Source: Octopus vulgaris (Eukaryota). Taken from it: a stretch of 64,000 nt of DNA. Both the position numbers and the translations under genes were made by a program. Shown one piece after another: positions 12,801 to 26,456 of this stretch (positions within the stretch are counted from its first letter, which is position 1; the number at the start of each line of letters is the position of its first letter). Below the pieces are notes generated by a model. The model was not told the origin of the DNA. It ran no database searches and saw nothing but the letters and a program-made list of their open reading frames with translations. The DNA lies in the NCBI GenBank assembly GCA_951406725.2, contig OX597833.1, forward strand, positions 60,078,001-60,142,000, in the 5' to 3' direction.

Positions 12801-15111
12801 ATCCATATCCTCCCCATTGTATCTCACTCTTTCCTGAGACCTTTGCATTAACCTTCCTTCCTTCCTTCCATCCATCCCAAAATGTCTCAAGGCCCTCCTC
12901 AATCTTCTGCCACCCAGACATGGCACACAATACCTCCTCAAGTGCATTAACATCTCCAGTGTGAGAATGGACCCCCTGACCACTTCTTCCTGTCTCACAT
13001 CTAACCCGCATCACACACAGCTTCAAAAGCCCTGCAGTAGTCATGGGCACTGCACCTTATCCCTGGCTAAACCAGATAAGATAAAATAAAATTTTTAAAC
13101 AGAAAGATACTCACATCGCACAAGGAGTGTGATGACTCTCTTATCAACACCAGCCTCATTGACTGCTTGGCAAATATATTTGCCTCGATCTTTGGGTTTT
13201 ATCTCGTTAATTGGCAGCAGCGGATTCTGAAAAAATAAAAAAGAACGATATCTATATATATATATATATATAAACGGCAAAATGTCTGTGTGTGTGTGTG
13301 TATATCCCTCTCTCTCTTTCGGAGAGGCACTGAGCAGCTATACGCACACATACACACACAGCAGTAACTTCCACCTACCAAATTCAATCACAAAGCTCCG
13401 GTCGGCTCGGGGGCTATAGTGGAAGACACCTACCCAAAGTGCCACGCAGTGGGACTGAACCCGAAACCATGTAGCTAGGAAGCAAGCTCCCTAACCACAC
13501 AGTCATGCCCGCACCCTTTATATAAATCCACAATTTTTCAGTTAGAGGGCTTGCACTTTCTATGGTCATTCAGAACCGTCCAAGGGTGGTTGTGCACATC
13601 TTTACATTTCCCCAGTCATCTCACAAAGCCATTAAAAAAAATCAATAGAAGTGACTTTTTTGTGAATTTTCTATCCAAAATCCAATCAAAATGCCCGAAA
13701 TTTGATACACCAATTGAATGCCAGCTAGCTGTATGTGATTGGTCGGAGATTTGGACAGTACTCGCGTGTATGTGCACATGCATGCAGCTGTATATGCATG
13801 CACTAGCACTATGACCCAGCGTTGCCGGGTCATAGTGCTAGTTTTCGCTAAAACAATTTAGTCATTTATTTATTATCCTGTTTTCAGTTATGGCCACACT
13901 GGCCCTCCATCTTTTCATCGTATAACTGACTATTAAACTTAATACTTTTATACGTGTATTTCAAAGGGTCAGCCTTGCCATATTGTGTCATGCTGAATAT
14001 CCCCAAGAACTACATTTCACAAATAGGCTATTTCTATTGATCAGATCAAATGAAACCCTCATTGCCGTAACCGACAGAGTGCCAGAAAAACAGAGAGTAC
14101 AGATAGTGGTGATGGCCTGTGGATGTTTTAATGACTTTCCCCATGTCAACAGACATACCTGATGATATGATGTGATGTGATGCTAAATTGAACTCCTTAT
14201 CTCAGGATAAAAATACATACAGACAGACACTTACCCATCTCACCATTCCACCGTCTGGTAAATCAGCTCCAGCCATTCGTGACCAGATAACTTTTGGAGG
14301 GGGCATTCCTTGGGCATTACAAGATAGGGTCAGTTTCTCTCCATAATCAATACTGGTGTCACTACTTGTACTCATGTCGAGGATTTGAGGTTTTTCTACA
14401 AATAGAAAGCATTACCATTATAGCAATCATAATCATTGAATTTAATATCCGCTTTTCATGCTGATATATGTTGGGTGGTTTGACAGGAGCCGACAAAGGG
14501 ATCTTGTCAAAGAATGCCAAGTACAGTGGTTTACTCTAAGCTCAATACTTCTACAGTTGTCTGACTAAGATAGTATTATTAGCACTTCTCCCTGGCATAA
14601 AACCAAACTGCATCTCATCTTGTCTGATTCTGTGGGGTTATAACTCTCTGTAACTTCAATGATTTGGCCCAGCAAAATGAGAACTCTGTAATTACTTCTA
14701 TCCTAGGCATCCCATGTACCAATGTATGGGTGTTGAGGCCATATTCTACTCCAACAGATATTTTAAGCAAATCGTCTGTTCATGGTCTGCTTTCCTATGT
14801 TAACCTCCCTACACCTGGCACAAAGCCCTCAATACTGCAACCACACTCTGAAGGAAGAGGAGTGGTCTTGTCTTGCAAGTTATTTGGTGATACCACTAGT
14901 GCTGGTACCATAAAAAAAAAGCACTCAGTACACTCTGTAGAGTGGTTGGCATTAGGAAGGACATCAAACCATTGAAACCTTGCCAAAGCAGACATTAGAG
15001 ACCAACACAACCCTCAGGTTGGATGGATCCTATTGAACCATCAGACCCATGCCAGCATGTGAGAGAGAGAGTATGTGTGTGTGCGCACATACATACACAC
15101 ACATCCTTGCT

Positions 15112-15165
<54 letters not shown>

Positions 15166-16270
15166 TTTGCTTCTCAACTACATGGTCTCAGGTTCAATCC
15201 AAATGTGACCCCTTGGAAAAATGTTTTCTACTATAACCCTAAATGGACCTAAGCTTTGAGAGTGAATTTGACAGCTCATCATCATCGTTTAACTTCCACT
15301 TTCGATGCTGGCATGGGTTGGACGGTTTGACTGAGGACTGGCAAACTAGGGGGCTGCACCAGGCTCCAATCTGATCTGGCAGGATTTCTACAGCTGGATG
15401 CGCTTCCAACTGCCAACCACTCTGAGAGTGTAGTGGGTGTTTCTTACAAGCGACCAGTATGGGGGACACTTAGGCGGCACTGGCATCGACCACGCTCGAA
15501 TGGTGCTTTTTACATGCCACTGGCATGGGAGCCAGTCAGGCAGCAGAATAATATGTACATGTGTGTGCATGCGCAAGAGTGGTACTGTATGCCAGCTTTG
15601 ACATTGAGTGGTAGTTATAAGCAGGTGCTACTGTCAAGCAAGTGGTACCTTTTGTTTCCGATCTTCTATGAAAACATCTGGTCATGTCGACTTGAAACAA
15701 GGTGTTGGTGACAAGAAGGGCCTCCAGCTGTAGAAATTTCACCTGAACAAATTCCATCCAGCCCATACAAGCACGGAAAAGTGGATAAAACGATGATGAT
15801 GGTGACACACATGAGGGGGTGCTGAAAAATTCTTGGCTTTGAGAGTATTGCAAAAGAGCCAACTTTCCAACTTCTTTAATTGGGATTAGAAAAACTGAAG
15901 GACCACTGCAATAAGTGTGGGAATCTGATAGAAGAATATGTTGAATAAAATTATAATTAAGTGATCCTCCTGCATTTTCTTTTACCCAAAGCCAAGAACT
16001 TTTCAGCACCCCTCATGTGCACATGTGTGTATATGTGTATGTGTGTGTGTGTGTGTATATATACTCTTTACTCTTTCTCTTTTACTTGTTTCAGTCATTT
16101 GACTGCAGCCATGCTGGAGCACCGCCTTTAATCGAGCAACTCGACCCCGGAACTTATTCTATTGTAAGCCCAGTACTTATTCTATCGGTCTCTTTTGCCG
16201 AACCGCTAAGTGATGGGGACACAAACACACCAGCATCAGTTGTCAAGCAATGCTAGGGGGACTAACACAG

Positions 16271-16301
<31 letters not shown>

Positions 16302-16475
16302 CGGCGGGCTTCTTTCAGTTTCCATCTACCAAATCCACTCACAAGGCTTTGGTCAGCCCGAGGCTATAGTAGAAGACACTTGCCCAAGGTGCCACACAGT
16401 GGGACTGAACCTGGAACCATGTGGTTGGTAAACAAGCTACTTACCACACAGCCACTCCTGCGCCTGTATATATAC

Positions 16476-16543
<68 letters not shown>

Positions 16544-16748
16544 GCAGCACGGACTTTTGTCAGTGAACAGGTTGCGGTCTTAAAGCGACGAAAATATTTT
16601 GACAAATTAAACTTAAATGTTGAAGTGAATCGAACGGCTTTTGTGTGTTTCTTAAATGGCTTACAAACACCTTCCACACTGCAAGTGTTTTCGTTTCAGC
16701 ACACGATTTCAGATCAAATCACTTGCTATGCGAGTACATCTCTGTAAA

Positions 16749-16785
<37 letters not shown>

Positions 16786-19308
16786 AACATATATGTATGT
16801 ATAAGGAAAAGTATGCAACCATACAAACCATACCAAAGCAGACACTGGAGCACAATGCAGTCTTTAAACCCACTAGATCCTGTCAAACCATCCAATACCT
16901 GTAGCATGGAACATGGATGCTAAATGGCGATGATGATGATGATGTGTGTGTGTATGTGTAGGTGCCAGGACAGTATAGCGACAAATATCTATGCCTATGC
17001 CCCTCAAGCGGGCCTACCAAATCAACAGAAGGACCACTTTTATGATATTCTTCTGCAGGATACTTCAAAGACGAGTGACAATGGTCTCCTCTTCATAGCT
17101 GAAGATTTCAATGGGCATGTCGGATGGCAGCTTGATATCTTCCATGGCATGCAAAGAGGCCATGGATTTGGCTCCCAAAACGAAGAAGCAACAAGGCTAC
17201 TGAAGTTCCGTGATGCAAATAACCCTTTGATCTGCAACACAAACTTCAGGAAGCCAGCCAGCCAGCCACCTGATAACCTTCTAACCAGAGGCTGAGTACT
17301 TTTCAAGTGTTGGACTTCACAGAGGCAGAACAGCTGAGTTCCTTTCAAATGTGGGGCCTCACAGAGGAAATGACCAAAACCTTTGGCATTATGTCGTGCT
17401 TGAGAATAAGACCCATCAAGCCAAGCAAAATTGCAGTTGTGGCAGATACCAGTGTCATGCAAATTGGCACCCATCCCAGTGGCATATAAAAGCACACCAG
17501 TGTCATGCAAATTGGCACCCATACCGGTGGCACGTAGAAACACTCATTACACTCAGAGTGGCTGGCATTAGGAAGGGCATCTAGCTGTAGAAAACCATGC
17601 CAAACCAGACTGGAGTCTGGTGTAGCTTTCCAGCATGCTAGCCTGGTCAAACCATCCAACCTATACTCTTTTACTCTTTTACTTGTTTCAGTCATTTGAC
17701 TGCGGCCATGCTGGAGCACCGCCTTTAGTCGAGCAAATCGACCCCGGGACTTATTCTTTGTTAGCCCAGTACTTATTCTATCGGTCTCTTTTGTCGAACC
17801 GCTAAGTGATGGGGACGTAAACACACTAGCATCGGTTGTCAAGCAATGCTAGGGGGACAAACACAGACACACAAACACATAAACACACATATATACGACA
17901 GGCTTCTTTCAGTTTCCGTCTACCAAATCCACTCACAAGGCATTGGTCGACCCGGGGCTATAGCAGAAGATACTTGCCCAAGTAGCCACGCAGTGGGACT
18001 GAACCCGGAACCATGTGGTTGGTTAGCAAGCTACTTACCACACAGCCACTCCTGCGCCTATGATGATGATGTGTTTTTTTTCTTTTTTTTAGACAGTAAA
18101 GTATGATTTGAGAGATATGGGACTGCTATTTGTAGTACACTGAATAACCTCATAATGACTCTGGCTGGCTAAGAATGTGGTTGTTTTTTTTGTAGGGGGG
18201 GGGGGAATGACGTATACATGCATGTACTCACCTACGACCCTCACAATGCGAAAGTCTGAACTATATTGCTTCTCATCTATTTGCACCTTACACACGTATT
18301 TTCCTTTGTCACTCTCCTGAATATTCTGGATGGTCAGACGCCAGGAGACTGCAGTCACCTGGACGATGATGTATTTCTGGGTGTTTGACGAACTGGTGTC
18401 AGTGCCAACATCGTGTTTAACTGTGCCATCGATGCGACTCCACTTCACCTGTGAATATCAATCAGTTTTACATTAAATTATAGAATTAATCAATAAAGAT
18501 ATTAATGAAGATGATGATGAAGGATAATGATAGTTATGGCAAGCGAAGTCGATATCGAACCTCATCCGACGACAGGCACCTATGCGAAGACCTGTTGGGG
18601 CAAGTGAAATTGGAATCGAAATTGAACCAATCCTATGACTGGCACCGGCAGATGCCAGGACCCCTGGACTGGAGATACGTAAAAAGCACTATCCGAATCA
18701 TGGCCGAAGCCAGCGCCGCCTCGACTGGCTTCTGTGTCGGTGGCACGTAAAAAGCACCATCCGAATCGTGGCCGATGCCAGCCTTGCCTGGCACCAGTGC
18801 AGGTGGCACGTAAAAAGCACCCACTACACTCACGGAGTGGTTGGCGTTAGGAAGGGCATCCAGCTGTAGAAACATTGCCAGATAAGACCGGAGCCTGGTG
18901 CACGTTAAACGATGATGATGATGTTGAAGCTGATGATGATAATAAAAATTGTCTCTCCCGTCTCATTATGTTGTATTTGCCAATGTGTAAGACATACTTT
19001 TTTGCACAAGACGAATCTCTACATTTTTGTGGAAAAGCAAATTCAGTACATTTCATCGTACACTTGGTATCCTGTCCATAATATGGTCACATTAGAAGCA
19101 TACTCTTACTCTTTACTCTTTTACTTGTTTCAGTCATTTGACTGTGGCCATACTGGAGCACCGTCTTTAGTTGAGCAAATCGACCCCTGGACTTATTCTT
19201 TGTAAGCCCAGTACTTATTCTATCGGTCTCTTTTGCCGAACCGCTAAGTGACGGGAACGTAAACACACCAGCATCGGTTGTCAAGCAATGCTAGGGGGAC
19301 AAACACAG

Positions 19309-19343
<35 letters not shown>

Positions 19344-22300
19344 CATATATACGACAAGCTTCTTTCAGTTTCCGTCTACCAAATCCACTCACAAGGCATT
19401 GGTCGGCCCGGGGCTATAGCAGAAGACACTTGCCCGGAACCATGTGGTTGGTAGGCAAGCTACTTGCCACACAGCCACTCTTGCACATATTAACGTGTCG
19501 AATTCAACAGAGATGGGCAACTGACACAGTTGTAGATTGAACTGTATTTTATTCCTCACATTACAACTTTACTGATATGAATGAAGCAAAACATCCACAA
19601 CTAGGAAATGAAACAAAAATGTAGATTTGCTGAAGCTTGCCTCCTCCATCTGGTTGAAATAATGAGTGACAAAGATGAGCAGTAAATATACTTCTAGACA
19701 GGTTTGGGACATATTTGGGACATATTTTCCCTAATATCATGAATTCAGGGATGTAAAATGAGAATTCACTTAACAGCAGTTTCTACTGGCATCAATCTTT
19801 CATAAGACATACATAAAGCCATTAACATAAGCTCTCTAAGTAAATTTCTGTAAGTGTTTATATGTTTGCTTTGGGGTTTTTTTCTTTCTCTATTACTAAT
19901 GAGTTTGCTGTAAGTTGCAGATATTTTAAATGTCGTTAATTTATATTTTTGGTTGGCGTTAGGAAGGGCATCCAGCTGTAGAAACATTGCCAGATAAGAC
20001 TGGAGCCTGGTGCAGCCTTCTGGCTTCCCAGATCCCCGGTCGAACCGTCCAACCCATGCTAGCATGGAGAACGGACGTTAAATGATGATGATGATACTTA
20101 AAGCAAGGAATTAGATTTCACATTTTGTTTGTTTTTTAATCTAGGTCTACATGCAATTCTGAGAAAAGTACCATGTGGTGGGATGTGCTAGAAACAACAG
20201 CTAAATCTCTTAAATCAAACATTTTTTCTGAAGACATTTTCAAAAAAAAAATTTTTTTTTGTCACCAAAAAGGCTTTTCACACATTTTTAAGTGTGTTAT
20301 GCAAAACAAAAAATTGACCAAAATCAGTCTAGAGGTGAAGGAAAGTGAAGAGTGTAGAAAAGAATCAAATTTCCAAAAGTTAGAAAATACCCATCAAAAT
20401 GGAGAAAATCCAACTTGTATGGATGTCCTGTATGGATAGCCATTGTTTTAATAGTTCAATAAAATTTTATTGAACTAGTGTCATGTCCCAAAATCTCTGG
20501 ATTTATTTAGTTTTATACATACTATAAATGTGTCAAGACTCAAGGTCTCTGTCGTTTGTACTTTGGGGTTAAACTAGGTCTGAAAACGCTACAAAACTGA
20601 CTGCTTGTGACATGTAACAAAATAGGCTTTACATAAATATTTTTAAAATTGCCAAAAGAAAAGTTCTTTTTCCAAGAACCTGAAACAAGAAATAGACAAC
20701 TGTTATACGATGGTCACTATTAATCTGTGTAATTTGAAGATGGTTATCACCTTAGTTTCAAAGATATGACATCACAAACATGGCTAATTATTCATTTAGG
20801 CCAATTAGGCAAAATTTCGACCAATTTGCTGAACATTCAACTTGTCATATTTCCTAAAACATTCATCTAAATATCACAAATTAACCCTTTCCTTACCAAT
20901 CCGGCTGAAACTGGCTTTGGCTCTGAGCACAAATGTCTTGTTTCATAAGTTTTGAATTAAAATCTTCCACCAAACCATAGTCACAATTTATGTTCCTAAC
21001 ACTAGCTGGATGATAACTAACTTATTTTACCAAATTCTTTGTTATATTTAAAGCAACTGTAAGAAACATGAAGCATTTCAAAATAAATACAGTAATGAAA
21101 GGGTTAATAGCAATAAGCTGTCAAATCACCCACCTAAAAATGTCAGAAATGATTCTTCAGAAATTCCTAATTCTAGAATGTCCTGTTCTATAAACATGTA
21201 ATTTCGTCTGACTAAATGAACCAGCTATCTACAGTCCATTTCATCCAGCTTGAGTGTGGGGGGAACAAACCAGAAAGGTAGTTGTAGGCGGTATGCTCGG
21301 CTGCCGTAACATTGTGAGTTCAAATTCCGCCGAGGTCAACTTTGCCTTTCATCCTTTCAGGGTCGATAAATTAAGTTCCAGTTACGCGGTGGGGTCGATG
21401 TAATCGACTTAATACCTATGTTTGTTCCCTCTATGTTTAGCCCCTTCATCATCATCATCGTTTAGCGTCCGTTTTCCATGCTAGCATGGGTTGGGCGGTT
21501 CTACTGGGGTCTGTGAGGCCAGAAGGCTTCATCAGGCCCAGTCAAATCTGGCAGTGTTTCTACGGCTGGATGCCCTTCCTAACGCCAACCACTCCGTGAG
21601 TGTAGTGGGTGCTTTTTACGTGCCACCCGCACAGGTGCCAGACAGAGCTGGCAACGGACACGAACGGATGGTGCTTTTTACGTGCCACTGGCACGAGGCC
21701 AGTCGGGGCGGCACTGGCAACGGTCACGAAACGGAAGGTTCTCTTACATGCCACCGGCACTGGTAACACATCTACAATTTCCATTGATCGATTTCGATTC
21801 TGATCCTCGAAATCGATCAATGGAAATTGCAGATGTGTTACCAGTGCCGGTGGCATATAAGAGAACCTTCCATTTTGCGACCTTTATTACCCCTTGTGGG
21901 TAATAGAGAAATAGGTATGCTTTTAAGAGGAGGAAGGTTGAGAATGTAAGTCTCTACTGAGAAACAAGTGAACAAAGTAGATTTAAAGTGAGATCAGAAG
22001 AACAGAGACCGTTGTTGTAGTGATTTCGACAATGATGGTGGTTAACCCTTACCGGAGTTTTTGCATCTTTGTTCATGACAACGCACACCATTGCAACATC
22101 ATCATTTTTTAAAGCAGTAATCGTTTTTTCTCCAAACGTATCTTCAGGTTGGTTGATTTTGACAATTGGATCAACAGAAATAACTACAAAGAAATGAAAA
22201 AGTTAATTCTAGTTCAGGGATTTATCGACAGAATGTTGTTAGATGTGGCTTTAACCCTTTAGTATTTAAACTGGCCATATCCGGCCAAAATAGTTAATCT

Positions 22301-25300
22301 GTTTTATGTTCAAACTGACCAGATCCAGGCTCTCACACCTACCCTACAATGTTATTCTACATGAAGTAATTACACCATCAAGATCTTGAAGATATGAGAT
22401 AATGCATGATTAATTCAAATCAATGGGAATCAATAAGCATTATGTTTGATAGAATAATCTGAACACTAAAGGGTTAAGCAATATACTTTACTTACCTTAG
22501 TGGAACAACTTTACAGGGTCATATCCAAGACAGCATTTGTAGTTGGTCCTTATCAATAATCAACTCTACATGTAAAACCTCTCCCATCAACTGTTTTCAG
22601 ATCTGATTTGAACCCAGCCTGCACATCTTACTAACAAAGACCTTAGATGCCTGGAGCTGTAGTCAGTGTAAGGCCTGCCTTGATGACCATCACCCAGTTG
22701 TCCACTACAACAACAACAACACCATTCCAAACATGGAGGTGGAAGATCAACAGCATAGGTGAAGGATGTCAAAGCCAGCAGGTTCTAGGTTCAAATGACA
22801 ATAACTTTTAGCACAAGGGCACACACACACTGTAAGACACCCGTGGAGAAAAACCTTTAAACAATGGAGATTTCTCAGCACTCAATAGCGCAAGTCATTT
22901 AGTTGTAAACGGGGTACATGATGGTGGCACAGTTTGCTACTGTATCTTGACCACCTAAATGAATAAGCTTTTGTTTTTAGCCTCAGGTCAACCTTAATTA
23001 AACAAGCTTATGGTCAAAAGCTTCCAACCATGACCATTCTGTCAGAAGCTTGTAGGACCGTATTATCTAATCTAATCTCTTCTTTAAGGTAATTCACCTT
23101 GGCTGTAACTTCTAGCAGAATGAGTGACCAGCATAGGCTTCCTCCTTTTAAATAGGTACCACGTACTTAGAGTAGAGACATAACCCACTATACTCTTTTC
23201 TCTTTTACTTGTTTCAGTCATTTGACTGCGGCCATGCTGGAGCACCACCTTTAGTCGAGCAAATCGACCCCGGGACTTATTCTTTGTAAGCCCAGTACTT
23301 ATTCTATCAGTCTCTTTTGCCGAACCGCTAAGTGACGGGGACGTAAACACACCAGCATCAGTTGTCAAGCAATGCTAGGGGGACAAACATAGACACACAA
23401 ACACACACATACATATATATACATATATACGACAGGCTTCTTTCAGTTTCCGTCTACCAAATCCACTCACAAGGCATTGGTCGGCCCGGGGCTATAGCAG
23501 AAGACACTTGCCCAAGATGCCACGCAGTGGGACTGAACCCGGAACCATGTGGCTGGTTAGCAAGCTACTTACTACACAGCCACAGACATTTGAAACAAAC
23601 AGGTTAGATTAACGAATCAGGAAGTGATCAGAGATCTCAAGAAGCACGAGAGTTAAACTATATTTTCTCTGAAATGATGTTAGAACTTCTGCTTATAAAG
23701 GGAACTTTAAACGTCTGTCTCCTTACGGCATAGTAACTTCTGAAAATTTGTTAAGCTTGTAAACAGTAACGGAGATACGGCTGTTAAGACGTTTGCCTTA
23801 TAATGCGTAGTTGTTGATTCGGTTCCAATACGTTACACTTTATTTTAGGTAAATACTAGCAGTATCGCCCGGCGTTGCTCGGGTTTGTAAGGGAAATAAC
23901 TATATAAGCATTTTTAGAGAGTTATAGCCAAAAAGTAGCAAAAAAATGCATTAAAAATGGAAAAAAAAATTATGGTAAATTTTTTTTAAATCGTTGACTC
24001 ATCGTAGACATTTTTAGAGAGTTACTTCCCTTATATAATAGCGAAAAATGCATTAAAATGGAAAAAAAAAATGATGGTAAATTTTTTTTTAAATCGTAGA
24101 CTCATCGTAGACGCGCGCTAATACCCAGAAGGGCTCGATATGAATCACGACTATAAGATACCCGCTTTTGGTTAAACTGCACCGCAAAATGTGGGAGTAG
24201 TTAGGAATCTAAATCGTAGGAGACAGAACACAACTTCACTTTTATATATAAAGATTTCCCATCATAGCATTGGCTTGACCAAAGTTTTGTGAAAGCAGAT
24301 TGATAGCCATCTGAGAGACGCAACATGCTCTCGAGTGGTAAATTTCGTCACTCGATGTAACACATCTTTCGGTCATTATCGAACTCCACTCACCAACTCA
24401 CAAGCATTAGAACCAGCAATAAGAGTTCCAATCACAGAGACCCTGCTAATACTTCAACATAACCCACTACGACCACAAAATAAAATAATCAAAATATTTC
24501 CAATCTAGATCAAGACCAGAAATTTTGAAGAGTTTTAAATAACGATCCCAGTATTTCAGCGAAAAAGACGAAAAACAAAGTTTGACCTCGGCAACATTTG
24601 AACTCAGAACGTCGCGAGATATTTCGGAAAGACTTACGCCAGTTCCGATATTTCCTACGACGCCATAACGATATTGCTATGCAACCGTTTAATAATAATA
24701 ATAATAATAATAATACATTCTTTTATTGGCCATAAGGGCTAAGGCAATCTTTCGTCTCTAGCAGACCTTTCCGTCGATTTCCGTAAAAATTTTTTTTTTT
24801 TTTACGTAAGGGCTTGCGGGAACTTTTGAAGTAATGAGAGAGAAAGAGACTAAGAGAAAGCCATTTTATGACGAGGGAAGTTCTTTTGAAGTTACCGTGC
24901 ATGGCAAGCATTGATGTACATGTGTGTGTGTGTTTGATGGGGTGTGGGAGACAGACAGTATGTTGTGTAAGTGAAGTGCTTCTGTTAGTGTGTGAGAAGA
25001 GACAGAGAGACTAATGTGTGAAAGAAAGAGATAACTGAAAATTTTTACTCGGTGTATGTGTATATGTATGTATATTACTTCAAAAGTTCCCGCAAGCCCA
25101 TATGTAAAAAAAAATATTTTTTTTTACGGAAATCGACGGAAAGGTCCACTAGAGACGAAAGATCGCCAAAAAACATTCGCGTTAGAGGGAGACGCTTTAA
25201 AGGTTACTCGTGGAAAAACCCATAAATACAGGTATATTCAGAGAATTGGTCCATATATACTGACCATTTTCCCGACATCCACCCATCAACAAATAATAAT

Positions 25301-25942
25301 GGTTTCAAATTCTGGGGAGGGTTTAGACGATTGCATCGACCCAATTACTCGACTGGCACTTTATTTTATTGACTCCAAAAGAATAAAAAACTAAAGCTAA
25401 CCTAGAACATAACTGAAATAAATACTTATTTTCTTTGACGCCCCAACGATTCTGTCAATCCACCACGCGAATTACAACAACATACCTTCTTTATTGGCCA
25501 CAATGGTAATAAGGTACTTGTATCGCAGAGTGATACAAGTACCTGGTAATAATAACAATGCTTTCTTATCATCAAAGGTTGAATAATTATGTCACACACA
25601 CACACACAAACAAAAAAAAATACAAAAAAGCTAAAGATATACTGAAAAAGCAAAAAGGTGTGGTGAATAGCGCCAGACCTTATATACACCTGTTACATCA
25701 AGACCACACAAAGTACACAATAATATCGACATTAAGAACATTTCTAGGGCAAAACACAAACCTTCAAATTTATAAACTAACTGGGCATTCATATCAAGAT
25801 TATTTGGTCTCATACGTTTGTAAAACAATTTCTTTCGTGACGGTTACAATGAGGTCATATACAAGTTAATACAGGTATACCATATATATATACAGGTATA
25901 CCATATATATATACAGGTATACCATATATATATACAGGTATA

Positions 25943-25990
<48 letters not shown>

Positions 25991-26030
25991 GTATACCATA
26001 TATATATACAGGTATACCATATATATATAC

Positions 26031-26065
<35 letters not shown>

Positions 26066-26412
26066 CAGGTATACCATATATATATACAGGTATACCATAT
26101 ATATATATATATATATATATAGTACAAAGTAAGATAGGGGTTATGAATGTAACCCACTATGGGATATCAGTTATCTAATATACTGCAGGTAAATTAATAA
26201 ATAATGTAAAATTGTAATATCCATAAGTTGATGAACGAGATGAATTTGTTTCTCCATTTTCTTATTTGTATTATATATATATTACAGGTAATATATATAG
26301 GTAATATATATATATATTACAGGTAATATATATATATATATTACAGGTAATATATATATATATATTACAGGTAATATATATATATATTACAGGTAATATA
26401 TATATATATTAC

Positions 26413-26456
<44 letters not shown>

